47,304 nucleotides of DNA. Source: an uncultured bacterium. Its GTDB lineage: Bacteria; Patescibacteriota; Minisyncoccia; Moranbacterales; GWC2-37-73. Below, piece by piece: positions 26,157 to 34,645 of this stretch; positions within the stretch are counted from its first letter, which is position 1, and every line of letters begins with the position of its first letter. The position numbers were made by a program, and so were the translations under genes. Where the stretch lies: NCBI GenBank assembly GCA_903824515.1, contig CAIJXA010000041.1:1-47304 (forward strand), written 5' to 3'. A model generated the notes under the pieces. The model did no database searches, was not told the origin of the DNA, and saw only the letters and a program-made list of their open reading frames with translations.

Positions 26157-26849
26157 ATGAACAAAAAAACCATCATCATTTCATTGGGAGGGTCCTTGAT
26201 TGTGCCAGAGGAGATTGATTGGCAGTTTGTGAAAAAATTTAAGAAAGTTATTGAAAGCAATATCACAAAAGGATATCGCTTTATTATTATCACGGGGGGC
26301 GGTAAAACTGCACGCAAATATATTGAAGCTGGAGTTAAAGTTGGTGGGGTTGATAACGAAGATAAGGACTGGCTCGGAATTCATTCAACCCGTCTTAATG
26401 CGCATTTTATCAGAACAATTTTTAAAGAGCATGCGCACCCAACAATTAACCGAAACCCGTACGATTTGGAGAGTTTCTTAAAAGCCAAGGAGCCAATTTT
26501 AGTAGCGGCTGGTTATAAGCCGGGAAATTCGACGGATTATATTGCGGTACTGCTAGCTAAACAATTTGGAGCGACCAAGATTGCTAACCTTTCTAATATT
26601 GATTACGTTTGCGATAAGAATCCGCAAAAATATCCTGACGCTAAAAGAATTAAAGCAATTAACTGGAGCGATTTTCAAAAAATTGTCGGCAATACTTGGG
26701 ACCCAGGCGCTAACGTACCATTTGATCCAATTGCTTCAAGAATGGCTGCTAAGGAGGGAATGGAGGTGGTAATTCTCAATGGCAAAAAGATTGCCAACTT
26801 TGAAAAATATCTCAATGGCGAAAAGTTTATTGGCACAACAATAAAATAA
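26157..26849 (+). CDS. pyrH: UMP kinase, archaeal/short type (amino-acid kinase fold)
   Basis: IIISLGGSLIVPE, IIITGGGKTARKYI and AAGYKPGNSTDY. Confidence 0.85.
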   Translation: MNKKTIIISLGGSLIVPEEIDWQFVKKFKKVIESNITKGYRFIIITGGGKTARKYIEAGVKVGGVDNEDKDWLGIHSTRLNAHFIRTIFKEHAHPTINRNPYDLESFLKAKEPILVAAGYKPGNSTDYIAVLLAKQFGATKIANLSNIDYVCDKNPQKYPDAKRIKAINWSDFQKIVGNTWDPGANVPFDPIASRMAAKEGMEVVILNGKKIANFEKYLNGEKFIGTTIK

Positions 26850-26853
26850 TATT

Positions 26854-27312
26854 TTATCGCTGCACTTTGAAATATTTCAGCAAGACAAAAATTACAAGAT
26901 AAAAAGCCAAGGCAATTGCTACGGAAACTATTAGATACCCAACAATAAGAGGCAAGGCGAGTTCAAAGAAAATGACTTTACTCAAAAAATATTTCCAACC
27001 AAGATTATAGGTTTGGTAAAAATGTTCATACAGGGTTTTTTTACTTTGACCAAAAAGTTTTCCACCGATAAAAACAGCCAGGGGCAAAGTCAGGAAAGTA
27101 GTCCACATATTACTGGACAGAATTCCGATTGTAGCTGCAGCTCTATTGAATTTCAAAAGTGTAGCTGCAACCAATGTTGTGCCAACACCCTCTCCTGGGA
27201 GAATTCCAAAGAATACACCAAGTGCAACTCCACCGGCAATGTGGTGAGCACTATCGTTTAAGGTAAAAAAATTTGCAAAAAAATTTTTAATTTTTCGAAA
27301 TACATTCTTCAT
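26854..27312 (-). CDS. DUF2062 family membrane protein
   Basis: HHIAGGVALGVFFGILPGEGVGTTLVAATLLKFNRAAA and four TM segments. Confidence 0.8.
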   Translation of the reverse strand: MKNVFRKIKNFFANFFTLNDSAHHIAGGVALGVFFGILPGEGVGTTLVAATLLKFNRAAATIGILSSNMWTTFLTLPLAVFIGGKLFGQSKKTLYEHFYQTYNLGWKYFLSKVIFFELALPLIVGYLIVSVAIALAFYLVIFVLLKYFKVQR

Positions 27313-27339
27313 TTATGAATCATAACGCTTTATCTAACC

Positions 27340-27368
27340 TTGGACAATAGCCGCAAGTATGCTATATA
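27340..27368 (+). promoter_or_regulatory. Putative promoter giving a leaderless exonuclease mRNA
   Basis: TTGGAC (27340-27345), N17, TATATA (27363-27368). The ATG at 27377 is 8 nt after the -10. The ORF-track ATG at 27359 lies inside the spacer. Confidence 0.5.
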
Positions 27369-27376
27369 GAAAACAT

Positions 27377-28087
27377 ATGAGTAAACTAGTATTTGACATT
27401 GAAACAATTGGCGAAGATTTTGACACCTTTGACGAAACTACTCAAGGATCCCTGACGAGTTGGATTAATAAGCAGGCTCAATCTCAGGAAGAGGCCGACA
27501 AGCTATTTCTTGAGGTTAAGCGTGGGCTTTGTTTTTCCCCTCTAACTGGCCAAATTGTTGCCATTGGAGTCTATGACGTCGAAAAAGACAAAGGAGCTGT
27601 TTATTTTCAAGCGCCAGATGCCGATATCACTGACAGCGAAGAAGATAACATAAAATTCAGGGTTCTTGGTGAAAAAGAAATGCTTGAGCAATTTTGGAAC
27701 TTGGCGCAAAAATATGAGGAATTCGTCAGTTTCAACGGCCGCACTTTTGATGTGCCATTTTTACTGATCAGAAGTGCAATTCATGGCATCCGACCGACCA
27801 AAAATTTAATGGCAAATCGCTATCTTTCCAGCCAACCAAAGAATGCCAAACATATTGACTTGCTTGATCAATTGACTTTTTACGGCGCAGTTCGCCGAAA
27901 GGGAAGTCTACATCTTTTCTCACGCGCTTTTGGCATCGAAAGTCCGAAAGCTGCTGGCATCACCGGCGACCAAGTTGGACAACTTTTTGTCGAGAAAAAA
28001 TTTCTCGACATTGCCAAATATAACGTCGGTGATTTGATCGCTACCAAGAAACTTTTTGAAAGTTGGGAGCAATTTGTAAAATTTTAA
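27377..28087 (+). CDS. RNase H-fold 3'-5' exonuclease (PolB-exonuclease-like, DEDDy)
   Basis: ExoI FDIET, ExoII FNGRTFDVPFL, ExoIII YNVGDLIATKKLF. Confidence 0.85.
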   Translation: MSKLVFDIETIGEDFDTFDETTQGSLTSWINKQAQSQEEADKLFLEVKRGLCFSPLTGQIVAIGVYDVEKDKGAVYFQAPDADITDSEEDNIKFRVLGEKEMLEQFWNLAQKYEEFVSFNGRTFDVPFLLIRSAIHGIRPTKNLMANRYLSSQPKNAKHIDLLDQLTFYGAVRRKGSLHLFSRAFGIESPKAAGITGDQVGQLFVEKKFLDIAKYNVGDLIATKKLFESWEQFVKF

Positions 28088-28114
28088 ATATATTTTAACT
28101 TGAAAAAATATAAT

Positions 28115-28256
28115 AAAAGGGTATTAATACCCGGGGGTTTGCCCTGAACTCTATGGGTTAACACTGATAAAATCGGTGAGGTATTAACCTTTTGTTGTCG
28201 TCGCTCGCTACGAAATGAATGGTTACCTTCATTTGCTTACTTTGCTAGATAATAAA
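28115..28256 (+). ncRNA. Candidate structured RNA element, copy B (related to 992-1160)
   Basis: Perfect palindrome gggtattaataccc, hairpin ggg-ggtttg-ccc, and central hairpin ggttaa/cactgat-aaa-atcggtg/ttaacc. The 3' end cttactttgctagataataaa is shared with copy A. It lies between convergent genes. Confidence 0.4.
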
Positions 28257-28307
28257 TCCCAAGGAAACGATTGTTTCTTTGGGATTTCTTGTGAAATGAG
28301 ATTCTCA

Positions 28308-28793
28308 TCAATTCTGATTAAAGGGCTCATGTTCTGGTGCGAATAAACTAATGCATCTTTTTACCATAACATCGTCCATGTATTGCAGTGACATTAATTT
28401 TGCTCGATGAATAAGCTCACTTATTGCTTCAGAAAGAATCATAAAATCAATTGCTTTTCCTCTGTTCCACCTTTCTCTTTCAAAAAAATCATCCGGCATT
28501 TTCGTAAGAAGATTAATGTAGCGAAATTCAATTTTTCGAAAATCTTCCTTCAGGTCCGTCAATGAATGATCTTGTTCTGAAACAGGACTGACAATTCCAC
28601 TCGCTGCTTGAATTTTCTTTTTTTCCAATAACGATGATTCTTCCATACCAGCAATTTTGTCATACAAAATATGTCTTTTCTCATCAAGGCGCCTCCTGGC
28701 CTCAATTCTTCTGTCTTCGCTTATTGCATATGATATAAAAACTGCAAAAATTCGGCGCCAGATTGCCCCATATTCTCTTTCATGATTGAGCAT
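28308..28793 (-). CDS. Hypothetical protein
   Basis: 161-aa ORF with GGAGAAAA upstream of the ATG and no recognisable motifs. Confidence 0.65.
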   Translation of the reverse strand: MLNHEREYGAIWRRIFAVFISYAISEDRRIEARRRLDEKRHILYDKIAGMEESSLLEKKKIQAASGIVSPVSEQDHSLTDLKEDFRKIEFRYINLLTKMPDDFFERERWNRGKAIDFMILSEAISELIHRAKLMSLQYMDDVMVKRCISLFAPEHEPFNQN

Positions 28794-29014
28794 GATTTTC
28801 TCCGTTTTTTTTGTGGACCTTCATTTATATTTTAAATAACAGCTTCCAGCAAAACACGCAATTACACAGGGGTTTTGCAATTTACTTAGTTGAAAAATTG
28901 CAATGAAAACACATGCAAAAAAAGTCAGCGTATTTTACATAGTAAATACAAATTATTATCTGTTATCTTTCTCTTAGCATAAACAATGCCGATATATTTA
29001 TTCAATTTTGAGCA

Positions 29015-29176
29015 TCAAAAAATAGCGAAGGTGTTTTTATAAACTCCTTCGCTAAGTCTTCCACCTGGCAAAGACCAAGTCTTAGAATTAGCTCTTTCTA
29101 AAATTAAAATTTTGCTCTCATTGTTTTTGATAAGCGCATATTGCCCAATTTTTGCCAAAAGATGATTGTTGGTCAT
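29015..29176 (-). pseudogene. 53-codon Nudix-like N-terminal fragment
   Basis: MTNNHLLAKIGQYALIKNNESKILILERANSKTWSLPGGRLSEG... stops just as a Nudix box should begin. The ATG lies 4 nt after the nuclease stop. The 3' end of the ORF is formed by a terminator hairpin (29024-29053). Confidence 0.45.
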
Positions 29177-29180
29177 AAAT

Positions 29181-30305
29181 TTATTTCTTTTTAATAGAAA
29201 AACTTTTGGTTTCCTTGTCAGTCACTTTAGCAGCCTCAATATCCTTGCGGGCGGCAGGGGAAAGGACACTCATGATATTGCGAAGCGCGATGCCGTCGAC
29301 TTTGAGGACTGCTTCCCATTTATCGAGCGGTTCCAGAATATCACGTAGCAAGGCCGCGTCGTATTTATAAGTTTTGCGAATCGTTTGGGCGATGATACCT
29401 TCATCGGAGAAAACTCGGTCGACACCTTCTTGCTCCATATATTTGCCAATTTTTTCTTGAAGCTCAGCCAATTGATATTTGGTCGAAGTGATGGCAGACT
29501 TGAGATTAATGTAGTCACTAATAGCGACGTTAACTTCTTCGGAGTCAATTTTTCTTTCTTCTTTAAATTTGTGTTTCCACATCGGGCAAAATTTTTGATA
29601 GCCACACCAATCGCAAAGCGGAGTCACATTAGGCTCAAATTTTCCTTCTTCAATCAGAGAGATAACATCCAGGAAAAGCTTTTTGGCACTTTCCAATTGC
29701 TCGCGAGTTCTGGTTGAGGAAAGTTTGACACCGTGCTTGAGATAATAAAGACTGACCGTAACTTTATCCAAACGATCAATTTCTTTGGGATATCGAGCCA
29801 AAAAAGCATTGAGATAAACCGAGAGCTGCAAATCGTTGTCCACTTTTTCTTGGGAAGGCATCTTTTTGGTAGTTTTGTAGTCGATAATTTCATAGCCATC
29901 CTCAGTCTTGTCAATGCGATCAATGATTCCGGAAATGATGTGCGTGCTTTTCTCTGCACCAATTTCAATTGCAAAGCGGCTTTCTAGGTCAACCACAATG
30001 GATTGAGAGGGATCATTTTTTCTGTAATAATCCTGAATCATAGCCACACCTTGCGAAAAAGCGCTACGTTCTTCAAGTTCGTTTTCGAAGACATCACTGT
30101 TCCAATCCTTAGAAAAATATGCTAAAGCTTCTTCAAGTTTTGGTGGGATTAATGCTGGGGAATGAATATATTTCATTGTGCTATGCACAAGGGTTCCGAA
30201 AACCGCCTCTTTTGATTTTGGCTCTTTTAATTTATCAATATTTTGAAATTTATATTTCAAGCTGCAATTTTGATAAGTGTCAAAGGCTGAATAGGAGATA
30301 CGCAT
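29181..30305 (-). CDS. PD-(D/E)XK nuclease (RecB/AddB/Cas4-like, four-Cys cluster) with extra C-terminal domain
   Basis: N-terminal Cys (YQNCSLKY), GIIDRIDKTEDGYEIIDYKT (D...D/ExK) and QLSVY, then CDWCGYQKFC. About 125 further residues follow. Confidence 0.9.
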   Translation of the reverse strand: MRISYSAFDTYQNCSLKYKFQNIDKLKEPKSKEAVFGTLVHSTMKYIHSPALIPPKLEEALAYFSKDWNSDVFENELEERSAFSQGVAMIQDYYRKNDPSQSIVVDLESRFAIEIGAEKSTHIISGIIDRIDKTEDGYEIIDYKTTKKMPSQEKVDNDLQLSVYLNAFLARYPKEIDRLDKVTVSLYYLKHGVKLSSTRTREQLESAKKLFLDVISLIEEGKFEPNVTPLCDWCGYQKFCPMWKHKFKEERKIDSEEVNVAISDYINLKSAITSTKYQLAELQEKIGKYMEQEGVDRVFSDEGIIAQTIRKTYKYDAALLRDILEPLDKWEAVLKVDGIALRNIMSVLSPAARKDIEAAKVTDKETKSFSIKKK

Positions 30306-30358
30306 AAATAAGTTGAAAGTTATAAAGTTATAAAGTTCATAAAGTCTGCAGTACCCAT

Positions 30359-30465
30359 GTCATCGCGAGCATTTCTGTATTCGGAAATGCGTGGCGATCC
30401 AGTCCGCCGACTGGCGGATGAGCAACCCCCTGGATTGCTTCAGATGATTACATCCTCGCAAAGAC
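30359..30465. repeat. Nested palindromic REP/MITE-like element
   Basis: Outer arms gtcatcgcgag / ctcgcaaagac. Inner pairs gcgatccag / ctggattgc, catttc / gaaatg and tccgcc-gact-ggcgga. 30430-30465 is the reverse complement (33/36 identical) of 40844-40879. Confidence 0.6.
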
Positions 30466-30553
30466 AGTAATGTTTCGTTTAGTATATCAAATTTATCCCA
30501 ATAAAACCATCAGCAGGTTCATTGCTTAAATTTGCGCATGATTTTTTGGGAAA

Positions 30554-30609
30554 TAAAAAAGAGATATAGTTTCCATGGGCATATGAATGCTTATGGAAAC
30601 TATATCTCT
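30554..30609 (-). terminator. Strong rho-independent terminator for the 95-aa gene
   Basis: 17-bp stem agagatatagtttccat / atggaaactatatctct, followed on the - strand by tttttt. Confidence 0.7.
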
Positions 30610-30622
30610 GTGTAGAACTTTG

Positions 30623-30910
30623 TTACGCAGGAGCCGATACTATAGCCACTTCTTCAAGTGGCAAACAATTTTCAAGCTGAACCCCATTTTCTATTGAGTG
30701 AACTTTAATAAGCTGAATATTGGGCTCCCACCATGCTAGCTCAGTTATATTTGAAAGACAAACACCATTCTTACAGATTATTTGGACGGCTTTTTTGTTA
30801 ATTCGTATAATTTTTCCTTTGTCTCCGCCATTTGTTCCCACGTAGTGACTATCGGAAAGAGGGAAGATGAGGAGAGTTTCAGGTGTCTTTTGAAATTGTG
30901 CTGGAGTCAT
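30623..30910 (-). CDS. Hypothetical small protein
   Basis: 95-aa ORF with GGAGAAAAAAA upstream and a strong terminator downstream. Confidence 0.6.
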   Translation of the reverse strand: MTPAQFQKTPETLLIFPLSDSHYVGTNGGDKGKIIRINKKAVQIICKNGVCLSNITELAWWEPNIQLIKVHSIENGVQLENCLPLEEVAIVSAPA

Positions 30911-31007
30911 TTTTTTCTCCTAATTTATAGGAGCCTGTTTAAAGTTATTTGAATATTAAATCAACTATAACAATTAACTATGAACATTTCTAATAAAAAG
31001 TCAGGGG

Positions 31008-31035
31008 TTGACGAAAATTAAGTCAGTGGTATTAT
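31008..31035 (+). promoter_or_regulatory. Putative promoter of the Rrf2-nifS-iscU operon
   Basis: TTGACG (31008-31013), N16, TATTAT (31030-35) with an upstream TG. Direct repeats AAGTCAGGGG (30998-31007) and AAGTCAGTGG (31020-31029) bracket the -35. Confidence 0.5.
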
Positions 31036-31073
31036 GAATGTATACTAAATTAGTAGACATTATAAAAAAACTT

Positions 31074-31463
31074 ATGCAATTTTCAACCAAAGCTGAATAC
31101 GGCCTCAAGGCCATTGTTAATTTAGCACAGTGCTATCCAGCGCAAAAAACTATTAAAGAAATTGCGATCGAGGAAAATATTTCTCAAAAATATCTTGAGC
31201 GAATACTGGGAAATCTTCGCGATGGAAATGTGATTGATTCAGTCAAGGGTAAGAATGGGGGATATACCCTTGCCAAGGACCCTAAGAAGATTACAGCTGG
31301 AGAGGTGATTGAAATTCTGGATGGTCCAATTTCTCCAATGAGATGCGTCGGAAAATTTTGTGCAATGGAGAAAAAATGTCCATCTAGTATCGTTTGGAAT
31401 AAATTGGGAGTTCAAATTCAAAAGACGCTGTATGGAATCAAATTGAGCGATTTAATTAAATAA
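31074..31463 (+). CDS. Rrf2-family transcriptional regulator (IscR-like)
   Basis: MQFSTKAEYGLKAIVNLA start and a winged-HTH region. Three clustered Cys (RCVGKFCAMEKKC). Start set downstream of the predicted promoter. Confidence 0.9.
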   Translation: MQFSTKAEYGLKAIVNLAQCYPAQKTIKEIAIEENISQKYLERILGNLRDGNVIDSVKGKNGGYTLAKDPKKITAGEVIEILDGPISPMRCVGKFCAMEKKCPSSIVWNKLGVQIQKTLYGIKLSDLIK

Positions 31464-31502
31464 TAAAAAGTAATCAGTAATCAGTAATCAGTAACTAGCA
31501 AT

Positions 31503-32726
31503 ATGAAAAAAATATATTTAGACTACGCAGCCACGACGCCGGTGGATAAAAAAGTTTTAGAGGCCATGCTGCCATATTTCTCGGAAAATTTTGGTAATGC
31601 GATGAGTGTCCATGGATTTGGGCAGGAAGCTCTGGAGGCAATTGATGAAGCCAGAGCTAAAGCCGCCTTATTTTTCAAGTGCTCACCCTCGGAAATAATC
31701 TTTACCTCAGGGGCAACCGAGAGCAATAATTTAGTCGTCAAAGGTATTCTGCGTTCTCACAATTCAATCGCCAGAAAAGCTGAGGAAAAACCTCACATCA
31801 TTACGACTGCCTTTGAACACCATTGCGTTCTGGACGCTTGCAAGTTTGCCAAAAAAGATGGTTTAGCAGAAGTTACTTTTATTACTCCTAACAAAGAAGG
31901 CTTAATCTCAGTGAAGGATATTAAAGCTGCTATCCAACCAAATACAATTTTAATTTCCGTCATGTACGTTAATAATGAAATCGGTACCGTGCAACCAATC
32001 GCTGAAATCGGGAAATTACTCAAAAAAATTAACATTGAGCGAGCGACAGAAAAATTGCCAAAAATATCTTTCCATACTGATGCCACACAGGCAATCAATT
32101 ATTTTAATTGCGATGTTGATGAAATCGGAGTCGATTTACTTTCAATGTCAGCTCACAAAATATATGGTCCTAAGGGAGTTGGACTTTTATATGTTCGCAA
32201 GGCAACTGCAATTAAACGAATTCAAGATGGCGGCGACCAAGAATACAAAATGCGCGCCGGAACCCATAATGTTCCGGGAATTATTGGACTAGGAGCAGCT
32301 ATCAATGCAATCAAAACACCAGCCACACTAAAATATATCAAAGAAATAACTCAATTGCGCGATTATTTGATCAAAAGAGTGCTCAAAGAAATTCCAAAGT
32401 CATATCTCAATGGCTCAGCTGAAAAAAGATCTCCCAATAACGCCAATTTTCGTTTTGACGATGTGGAAGGGGAAGGTTTGATTCTCTCACTTGATCTCGA
32501 TGGAATTGCAGCATCCACAGGCTCTGCATGCTCATCTGGAGCGCTTGATCCATCACATGTGCTGCTTTCACTTGGCCTTCGTCATGAACAAGCTCACGGC
32601 AGTCTGCGCCTCACCCTTGGAAAACACACGACCAAACAAGAACTGGACATTGTCATTGTGAAAATAAAGGAAGTTGTGAAGCGCTTGCGAAAAATATCCG
32701 GAAACGTGCTAGCAGACTTCAAATAA
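31503..32726 (+). CDS. iscS: Cysteine desulfurase (NifS/IscS type)
   Basis: IYLDYAATTP, SAHKIYGPKGVG (PLP-Lys) and SSGSACSSG (active-site Cys loop). Confidence 0.95.
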   Translation: MKKIYLDYAATTPVDKKVLEAMLPYFSENFGNAMSVHGFGQEALEAIDEARAKAALFFKCSPSEIIFTSGATESNNLVVKGILRSHNSIARKAEEKPHIITTAFEHHCVLDACKFAKKDGLAEVTFITPNKEGLISVKDIKAAIQPNTILISVMYVNNEIGTVQPIAEIGKLLKKINIERATEKLPKISFHTDATQAINYFNCDVDEIGVDLLSMSAHKIYGPKGVGLLYVRKATAIKRIQDGGDQEYKMRAGTHNVPGIIGLGAAINAIKTPATLKYIKEITQLRDYLIKRVLKEIPKSYLNGSAEKRSPNNANFRFDDVEGEGLILSLDLDGIAASTGSACSSGALDPSHVLLSLGLRHEQAHGSLRLTLGKHTTKQELDIVIVKIKEVVKRLRKISGNVLADFK

Positions 32727-32820
32727 AGCTATAAAGTTAAAAGTTTATAAAGTTATAAAGTTGAAACACAATCCTTTAATGCGTTAATTCGTTAATAAAT
32801 AATTATAAATTTATTTTATT

Positions 32821-33207
32821 ATGCAAAAATATACTAAACAAGTAATGGAGCATTTTACGCGTCCGCATAATCAGGGGAAAATTAAAAATGCTGATGGCAT
32901 TGGGACAGTTGGTAACCCCAAGTGTGGCGACATTATGCGACTATATATTAAGGTAAAAAAGGACAAACAGGGCCAAGAGATGATTCAAGATGTTAAGTTT
33001 GAAACACTTGGTTGTGGAGCAGCCATTTCAACCTCATCAATGACCACCGATTTGGCCAAGGGGAAGACAATTCAAGAGGCGCTGGCCATTACCAACAAGA
33101 AAGTAGCGGAAGAGTTGGGTGGACTGCCTTCGGCAAAAATGCACTGCAGCAATTTGGCTGCAGATGCTCTTCATGCAGCGATTAAAAATTATCAGGAAAA
33201 GAAGTAA
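32821..33207 (+). CDS. iscU: Fe-S cluster assembly scaffold (IscU/NifU N-terminal type)
   Basis: HFTRPHNQG, GNPKCGD, FETLGCGAAI and KMHCSNLA (three conserved Cys). Confidence 0.93.
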   Translation: MQKYTKQVMEHFTRPHNQGKIKNADGIGTVGNPKCGDIMRLYIKVKKDKQGQEMIQDVKFETLGCGAAISTSSMTTDLAKGKTIQEALAITNKKVAEELGGLPSAKMHCSNLAADALHAAIKNYQEKK

Positions 33208-33241
33208 CATTGAAAGTATTCATTTAAACAAGTAAAAAAAT

Positions 33242-33655
33242 ATGTCAAAAATAAGAGAACTGCAAATAGGGGATGAGAAGAAGCTAGTTGGTCTTTTTGT
33301 GACACTTACTGGCAAGGAAATCCTGATAGATTCAGCATCCTCGGTGGCTGATCACGATGCAGTATGCTTGGTTATTGAAGAAGATGATGCGCTGATTGGT
33401 TTTGGATCACTGATTATTCACAAGGTGCCAACGAAAGGGGAAGTGGCCAGAATAGAAGATGTTATTATTGGAGAAAATCATCAAGGAAAAGGTCTTGGCA
33501 AGATGTTGGTCTTGCGACTGATCGAAATTGCCAGAGAAAGAAAAATTAGCAAGATAAATCTCACAAGTAATCCAATGAGAACCGCCGCGCATAAACTCTA
33601 TGAGAAACTTGGATTTTCCAAGTATGACACGGATACCTTTTTCTTGTCATTGTGA
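33242..33655 (+). CDS. GNAT family N-acetyltransferase
   Basis: Motif A region IEDVIIGENHQGKGLGKMLV, and YEKLGF near the C-terminus. Confidence 0.85.
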   Translation: MSKIRELQIGDEKKLVGLFVTLTGKEILIDSASSVADHDAVCLVIEEDDALIGFGSLIIHKVPTKGEVARIEDVIIGENHQGKGLGKMLVLRLIEIARERKISKINLTSNPMRTAAHKLYEKLGFSKYDTDTFFLSL

Positions 33656-34645
33656 TTTGTTCTTCAAAGATTAATTCAAGGAAAGCTCCTTATGGGCTAG
33701 GTAGTATGTCTGTTTATATAGTTATTGTTTTGATATATAGTACGTCGCACATTATATCTTTTGCGACACTAATCCAAATAAACAACCCCCGCGACTTATA
33801 AATTAAAACAATATAACCCACGTTTATGTCTCACTCTAACTAAACTGCCGTCTTGTCCTTCCTTGCACTACCTGATTCATGACCTACCTACAATTTGACT
33901 ATGTTCAACATTCTCCTAAACCCTCCACTAACTTTCAGTATATTTCCTAAATAATCCTTTTTTGACAAAATCTAACCTCTCATTTGTCACCAACTCCCGC
34001 TATATGAATTAAAGCTTTAAATGAGCCATATTATGTGATATACCTATACCACTTTCTATTTTCAAAGGCCTTGCAGGTCAATTTTGAGCGTCGTTTTTTG
34101 GCTTAAACAAGCCATTATTTTGAGGTAGTTCTCAGGTCTATTTGGACTGTTTTTAACCTATAAAATGCCCCTAGGTAGTTTTAATAATAAGTTTTGAGTA
34201 GATATATCACTCAGGACCTAATCGCTCAGCTGACGTCAAAAATTAAAGCTGGTATGTTTTTGAGTCATGCGCATTTTATGGCTCTCATTAAAATATTATA
34301 ATAAGCTAAACTTAAACGCAGCCCCTGGCATACCAACTGTTAACGAGATTACAAATTCTAAATAATTTTAAATATAATTTATAAAACAAATTAATTCTGA
34401 AAACATTTTTTCAAATATCTGAAATCAATCAAATCATCTGATTTAACCTAGGCGGATCAACCCAGCAGATATGTCATTTTAAACAGCATTAAATACTTAG
34501 GTGTTTAAAATAAGTAAATACGATTTCCTACTGCTAAGTACCTTGCCTATTTTAATGTCGCACAACCCCTTACTATAAATAATATACTTCCTTAAAATAA
34601 ACATCAGAGAATATCTGAGTGGCCAAAAAGACCAAGCAAACTGTT
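33656..34645. other. ~1-kb stretch with no ORF of 60 aa or more in any frame
   Basis: The ORF track has no entry here. It lies between convergent genes. 33781-33960 is strongly C>G on the + strand (about 14 G in 180 nt by my count). It contains only scattered short palindromes and small hairpins. Confidence 0.6.

Noticed and set aside
33656-34645. The ORF-free kilobase as a replication origin, an rRNA/tRNA locus or a recoded phage gene
   Set aside because: I found no TTATCCACA-type DnaA boxes or dnaA/dnaN nearby. There are no tRNA T-loop or rRNA signatures. Stops of all three kinds (TAA, TAG, TGA) interrupt every frame I translated, so a single-codon reassignment does not rescue an ORF.
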